From Caldithrix sp. (lineage in GTDB: Bacteria; Calditrichota; Calditrichia; Calditrichales; Calditrichaceae), in contig DYOS01000001.1 in the NCBI GenBank assembly GCA_020720405.1, positions 31,002 to 95,001 on the forward strand: a stretch of 64,000 bases of DNA, given 5' to 3'. Below, piece after piece: positions 28,799-37,627 of the stretch (position 1 is its first letter; each line of letters opens with the position of its first letter). A model generated the notes under the pieces. The model saw only the letters and a list, made by a program, of their open reading frames with translations. It did not search any database and had not been told where the DNA came from. The position numbers were made by a program, and so were the translations under genes.

Positions 28799-30268
28799 AT
28801 GAACCAGAGCCGGGCTATCGCTGTCGGCGCGGAAGAATATTTTTTGCTGCCCCAAATGGCCAATCGACATGGCTTAATTGCCGGTGCCACCGGTACCGGA
28901 AAAACAGTTACCCTGCGTTCCATTACTGAAAATTTCAGCCGGCTTGGTGTCCCGGTTTTTGTTGCCGATGTAAAAGGCGATTTATCTGGTACTGCTTTTC
29001 CCGGTCTGGAGAATGAAAAAATCAGTCAGCGTGTTCAAAAACTAAATATCCCTGATTTCTCATACAAACCCTACCCGGTTGCCTTCTGGGATATTTATGG
29101 TCAGAACGGGCATCCGGTGCGGACTACTATTTCCGAACTCGGGCCGCTGCTGCTGAGCAGACTTCTCAACCTGAATGACACGCAAAGTGGTGTTCTCAAC
29201 CTGATTTTCAAAATTGCCGACGATCAGGGTTTATTGCTTCTCGATTTGAAGGATCTCCGTGCCATGCTCCAGTATGCAGGCGATAAAGCCGCAGAGTTTA
29301 AAACATCATACGGCAATATTTCAGCAGCAAGTATCGGGGCTATACAGAGGGGGCTGATTGAACTGGAGACTCAAGGCGCTGATCTGCTTTTCGGTGAGCC
29401 GGCTTTGAATCTTGACGACCTGATGCAGACTGACAATCGTGGTTTGGGCATCATCAATATATTATCATCTGAGAAGCTGATTAATTCGCCGAAACTGTAC
29501 ACCACTTTCCTGCTCTGGCTGATGTCCGAACTATTTGAACAATTGCCTGAAGTCGGCGATTTGCCGAAGCCGAAACTGGCCTTCTTTTTTGATGAAGCCC
29601 ATTTGCTGTTTAGCGAAATGCCCTCTGCCCTGCAGGATAAAATTGAACAGGTTGTCCGCTTAATCCGCTCGAAAGGCATTGGTATTTATTTTGTCAGCCA
29701 AAGTCCGCTTGATATTCCCGATATAATTCTTGGCCAGTTGGGCAACCGGGTGCAACATGCTCTTCGCGCTTTTACCCCACGGGATCAGAAGGCGGTAAAA
29801 GCTGCGGCTGAGACATTCCGGGTTAATCCGAAACTGAATGTTGAAACCGAGATTACTGAACTAGGTGTCGGCGAAGCACTGGTCTCTTTTCTTGATGAAA
29901 GTGGAAAACCGCGCATCGTTGACAAGGCCTTGATTTCTCCGCCGGAATCCCGGCTTGGTCCGTTAACCCCGGCTGAACGGCAGAGCATTATTCAAAAATC
30001 AATTATTTTTGGCGCTTATGAGAAAACCATCGACCGGGAATCAGCTTATGAAATTTTAAAGCAGCGTTCGGAAAATTCTGCCCGTCAGGCTGAGCAGCAG
30101 CAGGTGGAGAATGCCGGGAGACGGTCTGCCGGGATGAATCAGACCAGCGGCGGTGAGGTTTTTGAAGCATTGGCTAAAAGCGCAGCCCGGGCCGTGGGCA
30201 GTTCCCTCGGACGGCAACTAATCCGCGGGGTTTTGGGCTCTCTTCTCGGCGGCGGCCGGAGGCGTTAA
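28799..30268 (+). CDS. HerA-like ATPase, DUF853 (YjgR) family
   Basis: The Walker A motif is [10 protein letters not shown] and the Walker B motif is [10 protein letters not shown]. The basic, glycine-rich C-terminal tail ([10 protein letters not shown]) is typical of DUF853. I set the start at ATG 28799, which is preceded by a GAGGAG Shine-Dalgarno sequence. Confidence 0.8.
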   Translation: MNQSRAIAVGAEEYFLLPQMANRHGLIAGATGTGKTVTLRSITENFSRLGVPVFVADVKGDLSGTAFPGLENEKISQRVQKLNIPDFSYKPYPVAFWDIYGQNGHPVRTTISELGPLLLSRLLNLNDTQSGVLNLIFKIADDQGLLLLDLKDLRAMLQYAGDKAAEFKTSYGNISAASIGAIQRGLIELETQGADLLFGEPALNLDDLMQTDNRGLGIINILSSEKLINSPKLYTTFLLWLMSELFEQLPEVGDLPKPKLAFFFDEAHLLFSEMPSALQDKIEQVVRLIRSKGIGIYFVSQSPLDIPDIILGQLGNRVQHALRAFTPRDQKAVKAAAETFRVNPKLNVETEITELGVGEALVSFLDESGKPRIVDKALISPPESRLGPLTPAERQSIIQKSIIFGAYEKTIDRESAYEILKQRSENSARQAEQQQVENAGRRSAGMNQTSGGEVFEALAKSAARAVGSSLGRQLIRGVLGSLLGGGRRR

Positions 30269-30273
30269 TAAGC

Positions 30274-31293
30274 CTACCGGCTGAAGGTGCGCTGGCCGGA
30301 AATAAATTCTTCGATCATGGTTACATCTTCTTCGCTGCCGATAAAAAGCGGCGTCCTTTGATGTAATTCATGCGGCGTAACATCAAGGATACGCTGCTGG
30401 CCATTACTGGCTTTCCCGCCGGCCTGCTCGACAATAAAAGCCATTGGGTTAGCCTCATAGCCCAGGCGTAGTTTACCTTCCGGCGAACGGGTGCTGGCCG
30501 GATAAAGATAAACACCACCATACAGCAAATTGCGATGAACATCGCTGACCATTGAACCGATATATCGCGAATTCATCGGCCGACTGGTAGCCGGATCGTT
30601 TTGCTTGACATAGACGATATAATTTTTTATTCCCTGCTCCCAAAAATCAAAGTGGCTCTCATTCACACTGTAGATATTTCCTTTTTTAGGAATACGCATC
30701 CGGGGATGAGATAATAAAAACTCGCCATAACTGGGATCAAGCGTAAAACCATAGACACCATTACCCGTTGTGTACACCAGCATGGTGCTGGAACCATAGA
30801 TCACATATCCGGCACAGACCTGCTTGAAGCCGGGCTGGAGACAATCCTGCAGGGTACCCGGCCGGCCTTCCGGGCTGATCCGGCTGTAAATTGAAAAAAT
30901 GGTACCAACACTGACATTGGCATCAATATTTGATGAACCATCGAGCGGATCAAATAAAATCACATATTTGCCCAGCGGGTATTTTTCAGGAATCGGGATT
31001 ACGCGCTCTTCTTCTTCCGAAGCCATAACGCAAAGATGGCCGCCGTGATCGAGGGCTTTAATCATGTTCTCATTGGCAAACTGATCAAGCTTTTTAACAA
31101 TCTCACCCTGCACATTGACATTTTCGGTTTCGCCTAAAATATCGACCAGGCCGGCTTTGTTGGTATGATAGGAAATAAGTTTTGCGGCGAAGGCAATATC
31201 GTTCATCAGGTCAGTGAATTTTCCGGTTGCGGTCGGGTAATTTCTTTGTTCTTCAATAATGTGTCGGGTCAGGGTAATTATTTTTTTGCTCAT
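30274..31293 (-). CDS. fbp: Fructose-1,6-bisphosphatase, class I
   Basis: LTRHIIEEQ, the metal-binding block FDPLDGSSNID and GKLRLGYEANPMAFIVEQAGG are all present. Confidence 0.92.
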   Translation of the reverse strand: MSKKIITLTRHIIEEQRNYPTATGKFTDLMNDIAFAAKLISYHTNKAGLVDILGETENVNVQGEIVKKLDQFANENMIKALDHGGHLCVMASEEEERVIPIPEKYPLGKYVILFDPLDGSSNIDANVSVGTIFSIYSRISPEGRPGTLQDCLQPGFKQVCAGYVIYGSSTMLVYTTGNGVYGFTLDPSYGEFLLSHPRMRIPKKGNIYSVNESHFDFWEQGIKNYIVYVKQNDPATSRPMNSRYIGSMVSDVHRNLLYGGVYLYPASTRSPEGKLRLGYEANPMAFIVEQAGGKASNGQQRILDVTPHELHQRTPLFIGSEEDVTMIEEFISGQRTFSR

Positions 31294-31312
31294 CAGTTGT
31301 CCTTATCTGAAA

Positions 31313-32152
31313 TCAGTTAACCATAAGAATTGGTTTACCAGCCCGGCGCAGCACATGAATGGTTGTACTGCCCAGTATGGCTTCCCTGAGGCGGGAATGT
31401 CCGAAACTGCCGATTACGGTGAGGCTCCTGCCCGGTGTTTCCTGACTGGTTCTTACCAAAACATCGCCGGCTTCTCCGGATTCATGGCGCAATTGAACTT
31501 TGATCCGGTAGGGTTCAAGCAGGCGCCCCGCTTCGTTCAGTTTTTCTTTACGCTGTTCTTCATTTTCATAAATACAAAGTACACTGAGCGGTAGATTCAT
31601 TTTTGAACCAAAATCACCGGCCAGTTGCAAAGCACGGTTTGCCGCAACACTGCCGTCATACCCGATCTGGATATTGCCGAAAGCCTCAAATTTCTTATCA
31701 ACCAGCAGAATTGGTTTTGGTGTCTGGCGAATGGCCGATTCAACGGTTTCGCCCAGCAGGTTTTTGCCCCATCGTTCATATTCCCCGCGTACACCCATCA
31801 CAAGCAGATCATTTTCCATGGCCTGATGGCAAATTTCATCAGCCGGAATACCACTGCTCTCCAGCAGCTCATGGGCAATTCCCGCTGCGGCCAGCATTTG
31901 ACCAGCCTTCTCCAGCGTGCGGCTGGTTTTGTCTTTCTGCATGTGGCGGGATTCAGTCTGAAATTCCACCGACGGGATTACCGGGACAAAGCTTTCTCCG
32001 CCGGAGGTTAGCGTCCAGTCGAAAAGTCTAACATCCACTACCGAGAAGACCCGCAGTACGGCGGAAAATTTTCCAGCCAGATAAGCGCCATACTGCAATA
32101 CCGATTCTGAATAGGCTGAGCTGTCAATTGCCAATAAAATGGATTTGATCAT
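31313..32152 (-). CDS. Universal stress protein, tandem UspA domains
   Basis: Two USP-like halves each end in a G-x2-G-x9-G(S/T)-like block (VMGVRGE..LLGETVE and VIGSFGHSRLREAILGSTT). Confidence 0.75.
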   Translation of the reverse strand: MIKSILLAIDSSAYSESVLQYGAYLAGKFSAVLRVFSVVDVRLFDWTLTSGGESFVPVIPSVEFQTESRHMQKDKTSRTLEKAGQMLAAAGIAHELLESSGIPADEICHQAMENDLLVMGVRGEYERWGKNLLGETVESAIRQTPKPILLVDKKFEAFGNIQIGYDGSVAANRALQLAGDFGSKMNLPLSVLCIYENEEQRKEKLNEAGRLLEPYRIKVQLRHESGEAGDVLVRTSQETPGRSLTVIGSFGHSRLREAILGSTTIHVLRRAGKPILMVN

Positions 32153-32178
32153 ATTGCCTCCCGTTCAGTAAAAAATGT

Positions 32179-33183
32179 TTAGCTCCAGTCTTCGATTTTT
32201 GATTCTCTGGTCATCAGGTTGATCATGGCATCATGGGCAGATTTGTTTTCAAAGAGTGTGTAATAAATCTGTTCGGTAATCGGCATTTCAATATTGAGAC
32301 GCTTCGAAACCTGGAACACGGAAAGTGTGGTTTTTACACCTTCAGCAACCATGACCATCTCTTCCAGAACTTCCTTCAGGGAACGTCCTTTGCCAATCTC
32401 TTCGCCAACATGACGGTTCCGGGAATGCTTACTCATGCAGGTAACGATCAAATCACCCATCCCGGACAGCCCGGCAAAGGTATCACTCCGGGCATTAAAG
32501 GCAGCGCCGAATCGATTGATTTCGACCAGACCGCGGGTCATCAGGGCGGCTTTAGTATTATCTCCAAACCCGGCACCGTCGCAAATTCCAGCCGCCAGGG
32601 CGATAATATTTTTTAAGGCGCCGCCAATTTCCACACCGCTCACATCGGTGTTGGCATAAATGCGGAAATAGCTGGTGGAGAATACCTTCTGGATTTGTTT
32701 AGCCGTTTCTACACTGGTGCAGGCGGCCACAATCGCTGTCGGGACATGCCGGGAAACCTCTTCGGCATGGCTTGGCCCGGATAATACGACGATCCGGTCA
32801 GAATTGACACCGGTTACTTCAGCGATTATTTCTGAGACCCGCTTGAAGGTATTATTTTCAATCCCCTTTGAAACTGTTACCCAGATCTGGTTTTGATTTG
32901 TCAGAAGCGGTACCACCTGGCCCAGCACTTCGCGCGTCACCTGTGATGGAACGGCATTTAGAATTATTTCAGCTTCATCGAGAACAAATTTCAGATCATC
33001 GCTGACCAGAATGGTATCGGGTACGGTTACACCGGGTAAGTAACGGCTGTTTTCACTTTTTTCACGGATATTATTAATGGTCGAAAGTTCGTTTGTCCAG
33101 GCCCGGACTTCATGGCGGTTCTCATTCAAAACCAGGGCCAGGGTCGTTCCCCAACTACCGAAACCAATTACAGCAATTCTCAT
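32179..33183 (-). CDS. gpsA: NAD(P)H-dependent glycerol-3-phosphate dehydrogenase
   Basis: The Rossmann motif is IAVIGFGSWGTTLA. GALKNIIALAAGI and GDLIVTCMSKHSRNR are also present. Confidence 0.92.
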   Translation of the reverse strand: MRIAVIGFGSWGTTLALVLNENRHEVRAWTNELSTINNIREKSENSRYLPGVTVPDTILVSDDLKFVLDEAEIILNAVPSQVTREVLGQVVPLLTNQNQIWVTVSKGIENNTFKRVSEIIAEVTGVNSDRIVVLSGPSHAEEVSRHVPTAIVAACTSVETAKQIQKVFSTSYFRIYANTDVSGVEIGGALKNIIALAAGICDGAGFGDNTKAALMTRGLVEINRFGAAFNARSDTFAGLSGMGDLIVTCMSKHSRNRHVGEEIGKGRSLKEVLEEMVMVAEGVKTTLSVFQVSKRLNIEMPITEQIYYTLFENKSAHDAMINLMTRESKIEDWS

Positions 33184-33184
33184 C

Positions 33185-33820
33185 TTATGCTCCTTCTTTC
33201 CGGGTAAACGAAATTTTGTTCTCCTGACCTTTGAGCAGCCTGCGGATATTCTCCCGGTGCGAGTACCAGATCAGGATTACCACAACCGCAGCAAGAATAT
33301 ACAGGGCAGAAGGGAGGTTATGCAGGATAAATTTTTGATAGGACAAAACCAAAAGTAAACTCAGAGCGGCCAGCAGTGAACCAAGTGAAACAAACCGTGT
33401 AATCCAGACGACCATGATAAAAACCAGGAGTGCAACACTGAATCCGGCCGGCGCCAGTCCCAGAAAAACACCAGCCGCAGTGCCAACCCCCTTACCGCCT
33501 TTAAATCCGGCAAAGACCGTATAAACATGGCCAATGATCGCCCCAAATGCTGCAATAATCTGCAGATAAATCGTATCCAGCCCGGCGGCGGAAAAATACG
33601 GTGCGACAAAAAATACCGGGATAAAGCCTTTCAGCATATCGATCAGTAAAACGGATAGGCCGGCCTTCCAGCCGAGAACACGCAACACATTGGTCGCACC
33701 GGCATTTCCGCTGCCCTGTGTCCGGATGTCGATGCCTTTCAGTAACCGGCCGGCAATGATCGCCGTCGGGAAAGAACCGACGATGTAAGCTGTCAAAATT
33801 AAAATCAGAACATTGAACAT
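33185..33820 (-). CDS. plsY: Glycerol-3-phosphate acyltransferase PlsY
   Basis: YIVGSFPTAII, GSGNAGATNVLRVLG and HVYTVFAGFKGGKGV support the call. I set the start at ATG 33820, which is preceded by a GGGGAG Shine-Dalgarno sequence, rather than at 33877. Confidence 0.9.
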   Translation of the reverse strand: MFNVLILILTAYIVGSFPTAIIAGRLLKGIDIRTQGSGNAGATNVLRVLGWKAGLSVLLIDMLKGFIPVFFVAPYFSAAGLDTIYLQIIAAFGAIIGHVYTVFAGFKGGKGVGTAAGVFLGLAPAGFSVALLVFIMVVWITRFVSLGSLLAALSLLLVLSYQKFILHNLPSALYILAAVVVILIWYSHRENIRRLLKGQENKISFTRKEGA

Positions 33821-33877
33821 AGGCTCCCCAGGTTTATGGTATATCCAAACATAATTAAAATAAAAGAAAAGAATCAA

Positions 33878-34411
33878 TCAAGCAGGATCGGCCAGTTCCC
33901 GGCGATAATTTTCCCGGATCTGTAAAAAATATTTTTGCAGAATTTCCTGCTGGTAGTCCGGATAGGTCCAGGGTTGTAAACGGACACCGTTCCGGCTGAA
34001 CTGGTAATGAACATCACCATAAATTTTTTGCCCGAGATAAATACGGTGGGCAAAATCTTTGGTTGTGGCCAGTACCATTTTGGCCATAGCCACATAACCC
34101 GGATCCATATTAAACCATCGTTTCACCTGTGGCTGACCTGATTTTTCCAATTCATTTGCTAATAATTTAAAGCGAACCAGTTCATCCGCTGGCCACAGAC
34201 CAGAGAAAACCACAAAATATTTGTAGAGCGGTTTTCCAAATTCAGCTTCGTAATAGTCTGTAAACGGGCTGAAATCAAAAATTTCCGACGAACTTTCGAT
34301 CATTGGAAATTGCCCTTCAATTAGCCTGTTAATAGAAGACTGCCGGTGCGGATCGGTACAGGTTATCCCGGCAAAAAATTTGACCGGTCGATGTTCTTTA
34401 AGTTGTCCCAT
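33878..34411 (-). CDS. DUF4416 family protein
   Basis: PVKFFAGI..., FDFSPFTDYYEAEFG, NMDPGYVAMAKMVLATTKDFAHRIYLG and WTYPDY match the DUF4416 pattern as I recall it. I chose M8 as the start. Confidence 0.6.
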   Translation of the reverse strand: MGQLKEHRPVKFFAGITCTDPHRQSSINRLIEGQFPMIESSSEIFDFSPFTDYYEAEFGKPLYKYFVVFSGLWPADELVRFKLLANELEKSGQPQVKRWFNMDPGYVAMAKMVLATTKDFAHRIYLGQKIYGDVHYQFSRNGVRLQPWTYPDYQQEILQKYFLQIRENYRRELADPA

Positions 34412-34446
34412 TGAAATGAAAAAAGGGAGCAAAGCTCCCTTTCAGG

Positions 34447-36237
34447 TTATTCCGAGTACATGGTCTCGATGCGGTTTTTGTATTTCTGCTCAACAACTTT
34501 ACGCTTTACCTTTAAGGATGGAGTAAGTTCGCCGCTTTCAATTGAAAATGGCTCATCGGCCAGAACAATTTTTTTGATCGATTCGTAACTGGCCAGATTT
34601 TTGGTTAGTGCCATTACTTCATTCAAAATAAGTTCATTCACCTTTGGCGAACCGACCAGGTCACGGTAAGTATCGAATTTTATGCCGTTTTCATCGGCCC
34701 ATTTTTTCAACGGTTCTTCGGCCCCGACAATTATAGCTGTGCAGAATTTGCGTTTATCGCCAATCATCATGGCCTGCTCGATATATTTGCTGGTCACCAG
34801 CATGTTCTCGATTGGCGCCGGGGCGATATTTTTACCGCCGGAAGTGACAATAATATTTTTCTTCCGGTCTGTGATCTTCAGTTTATTCCCATCAAAAATG
34901 CCAATATCACCGGTATGGAACCAGCCTTCGTCATCGATGGCTTCTTTCGTTTCGTCATCTTTTTTATAATAGCCAACCATAACATGCTCACCACGGGTCA
35001 GAATTTCTCCGTCTTCGGCAATTCGCACTTCAATGCCCGGAATCAATGGCCCGACCGTACCAAATTTAAAATCTTCTTCCCGGTTTACAGCAATCACCGG
35101 CGAAGTCTCGGTCAGACCGTAACCCTCCAGTATGCGGATGCCGACAGCCCCAAAGAACTCGGCGATTTCCGGTGAGAGCGGCGCACCGCCCGAGATGAAG
35201 AAACGCTGATTTCCCCCAACCCGGGCATGCAGTTTGGAGAAGACCAGTTTATGGGCAATTTTATGTTTCAGAGCCAATCCAACCGGGATACTTTCTTTAT
35301 TCATTATTTTCAGCACATGCTGCCGGCCAACTTCCAGGGCCCAAAAGAAAATTTTCTGTTTACCGGCCGGACCAGCTTCAACGCTCTCAAGAACCCGTGA
35401 ATAAATTTTTTCATAAAGACGGGGTACAGAAACCATAACTGTTGGTTTTATTTCCACCAGATTTGCCGCAACAGTATCAACGCTTTCAGCATAGGCCACC
35501 GTGCAACCGTGATAACAGCTTAGCAGATGGCCGGCCATCCGTTCGAAAATATGGCTCAGGGGCAGAAAGGATAAGAACACGTCGCTCGGGCGTACTTCAA
35601 GAATCGAGGAAGAGCTGGTGATATTTGAAAAAAGATTCCGATGGCTAAGAATGGCGCCCTTCGGATCGCCAGTCGTTCCGCTGGTGTAAATAATGGTCGC
35701 CCAGTCATCGGGTGAGATAGATTTAATTTTCTCTTTCAGGTACCCGGCATGCTCATTCGCATAGGCTTCCCCAGCCTTCTCCAGTTCGGAAAGTAATTTC
35801 CAGCCCTGTGGTATATCACCGCTAACATCCATTATATAAAAATGTTTTACGGTGGAAAGCTGATCACGGGCGGCATCCACTTTTTTACGCATCGATTCAT
35901 CGGAAACAATCAGCACTTTGGCTTCTGAATCATTGAGAATATAGCTGATATGATCACTCAGCAGGGATGGATAAATTGGCACTAAGGTAGCGCCAAGAGC
36001 TAAAGTTGCGAAATCTGTCTGAGCCCACTCCATGCGGTTGACTGACATGAGGGCAACCCGGTCGCGACTGGTTACACCAAGCGTAGCCAGACCACAGGCA
36101 ATTTGTTCTGCCTGGTCAACAGCCGTCTTAAATGAAACGGATTTCCAATCATTCCCCACCTTCATCATATAAGCCGTTTTTGCAGGCATTTCCTCCCGCT
36201 TCTCAAAAAACATGTCGGCAAGATTCTGATATTTCAT
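34447..36237 (-). CDS. Long-chain-fatty-acid--CoA ligase (AMP-binding enzyme)
   Basis: The AMP-binding motif is IIYTSGTTGDPKGAILSHRN. GYGLTETSP, GWFHTGDIG and LTPSLKVKRK are also present. I set the start at ATG 36237, which is preceded by AAGGGAGG. Confidence 0.88.
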   Translation of the reverse strand: MKYQNLADMFFEKREEMPAKTAYMMKVGNDWKSVSFKTAVDQAEQIACGLATLGVTSRDRVALMSVNRMEWAQTDFATLALGATLVPIYPSLLSDHISYILNDSEAKVLIVSDESMRKKVDAARDQLSTVKHFYIMDVSGDIPQGWKLLSELEKAGEAYANEHAGYLKEKIKSISPDDWATIIYTSGTTGDPKGAILSHRNLFSNITSSSSILEVRPSDVFLSFLPLSHIFERMAGHLLSCYHGCTVAYAESVDTVAANLVEIKPTVMVSVPRLYEKIYSRVLESVEAGPAGKQKIFFWALEVGRQHVLKIMNKESIPVGLALKHKIAHKLVFSKLHARVGGNQRFFISGGAPLSPEIAEFFGAVGIRILEGYGLTETSPVIAVNREEDFKFGTVGPLIPGIEVRIAEDGEILTRGEHVMVGYYKKDDETKEAIDDEGWFHTGDIGIFDGNKLKITDRKKNIIVTSGGKNIAPAPIENMLVTSKYIEQAMMIGDKRKFCTAIIVGAEEPLKKWADENGIKFDTYRDLVGSPKVNELILNEVMALTKNLASYESIKKIVLADEPFSIESGELTPSLKVKRKVVEQKYKNRIETMYSE

Positions 36238-36421
36238 TTTACCTCCCTTTAAGCTGGCGCACACCTAACATTCACTGGACAATTAAAAACAGAAAAAATC
36301 TATCTAAGTTGGTTATCTGTACGGGCCAGTCCACTGAAATATCCGGAAGAACCCGGAAATTGAACAATGGTCTAAATTCACGGTCTGACATTTTTTAATT
36401 TAGCAGTGTCAAAAAAGTGAG

Positions 36422-37624
36422 TCAAGCTGATTTTTGAATGATACGCCGGCGGCGAATAACCAGATTGCGGCGGATTTCTTGAAAGGCTTCGGTTGATTCA
36501 CCAAGTTCAAGCTTCAGATCAATATGTTTAAGGGCGGTTTCTGTGCAACTTAACGCCAGATTATAATTTCGCCCCCGGTGTTCATAAAACTTGGCCAGTT
36601 CAATCTGAGCCGGAACGGCATAGTTATGGTCTTCGGTCAATTTTTTCCAGTATACCGCAGCCCGATCAAAATTACCGTTGCGTTTATAGTTAAGGCTGAG
36701 GAGCCAACTGATTTCTGCACGGTCGTCGAACTGCATTTTATGGCTTAAGTCTGCTAACTCTTCGAGCCAGCCCGTCTTATTATTCTGGCCGGCTAAAACC
36801 GCTAATCGCAGCAAGGCTGGAGGGTCAAGCTGCGGCCACTTTATCTTATTTTCGATGCCGCTCAACTCGGTCAACATAATTTCCATGCTGACAATATCTT
36901 CAAAATTATGGCGGAGAATACGGCGTATGCCTTCGGTTCGCCCGGATTGCAGAAAATCAAAATAAACCGTCGGAATCTGTTCACCGGGAATATCGTCGTG
37001 CCGCACGGTCTGAAAAAGCTCTCGTTCCAGTGATTGCAGACTGCAGGAGGGAAAACTGTCTTTCCAGATTCTGCGGCTGAGGTGGAAAATATCAAGATGC
37101 GGCCAGGTTTCGAAAAATGGCTGGAAACGGTTTAGATTAAATCTTGTTTTAAGTAACGGCGCATCAAAAGATTTACCATTAAAGCTAACCAATGCCGTAA
37201 AATTTTTGTAGCGCTCAGTCAGGAACTGAAAAAGATCCGCCTCATGTCCGAAATCAGGGAGAAAAAATTGTTCGGTCTGAAAATGCCCGTCAGCGATGAA
37301 ACCAAAACCAAGCAGAAAAGCAAAACTTCCGGTTCCGCCGCTTAACCCGGTTGTTTCAAGATCAAAAAACAACAATCGTTCAATATTGATTTCAGGAAAT
37401 TGTTGCCGAGCCAGATTGGTCAGGGAAAGCTGCCCTGCCGGGAAGGTGGCAGGCACAGACTTGGAAATTTTTACAACCGGGCGATGCGGGAAGAGAATTT
37501 CAGCATTTTCTTCAATCTGTTTCAGCTTTAGATTATCTGAAGCTGGTGAAACGGGATGAGCCGATTCTTCTCTGGTCTTCTCTGCCGAGCTGCGATAAAA
37601 AGATAATCTGCTATTTAAATCCAT
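36422..37624 (-). CDS. mrfB: RNase-H-fold (DEDD) exonuclease with C-terminal TPR region, MrfB/YprB-like
   Basis: The ExoI motif is LFFDLETTGL, an FNGKSFD block is present, and an H-x4-D-like segment (RHNFEDIVSM) is present. The C-terminal TPR-like helices include AVYWKKL..AQIELAKFYEH. The gene lies directly downstream of the DUF1998 helicase gene. Confidence 0.7.
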   Translation of the reverse strand: MDLNSRLSFYRSSAEKTREESAHPVSPASDNLKLKQIEENAEILFPHRPVVKISKSVPATFPAGQLSLTNLARQQFPEINIERLLFFDLETTGLSGGTGSFAFLLGFGFIADGHFQTEQFFLPDFGHEADLFQFLTERYKNFTALVSFNGKSFDAPLLKTRFNLNRFQPFFETWPHLDIFHLSRRIWKDSFPSCSLQSLERELFQTVRHDDIPGEQIPTVYFDFLQSGRTEGIRRILRHNFEDIVSMEIMLTELSGIENKIKWPQLDPPALLRLAVLAGQNNKTGWLEELADLSHKMQFDDRAEISWLLSLNYKRNGNFDRAAVYWKKLTEDHNYAVPAQIELAKFYEHRGRNYNLALSCTETALKHIDLKLELGESTEAFQEIRRNLVIRRRRIIQKSA

Positions 37625-37627
37625 TAT

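Noticed and set aside
31597-32031. Overlapping ORFs (31603-32031 +, 31625-32011 +, 31597-31794 -) lie within the universal stress protein gene.
   Set aside because: They are alternative-frame or antisense artefacts. The - strand 279-aa USP reading has clear tandem USP motifs and fits the operon spacing.
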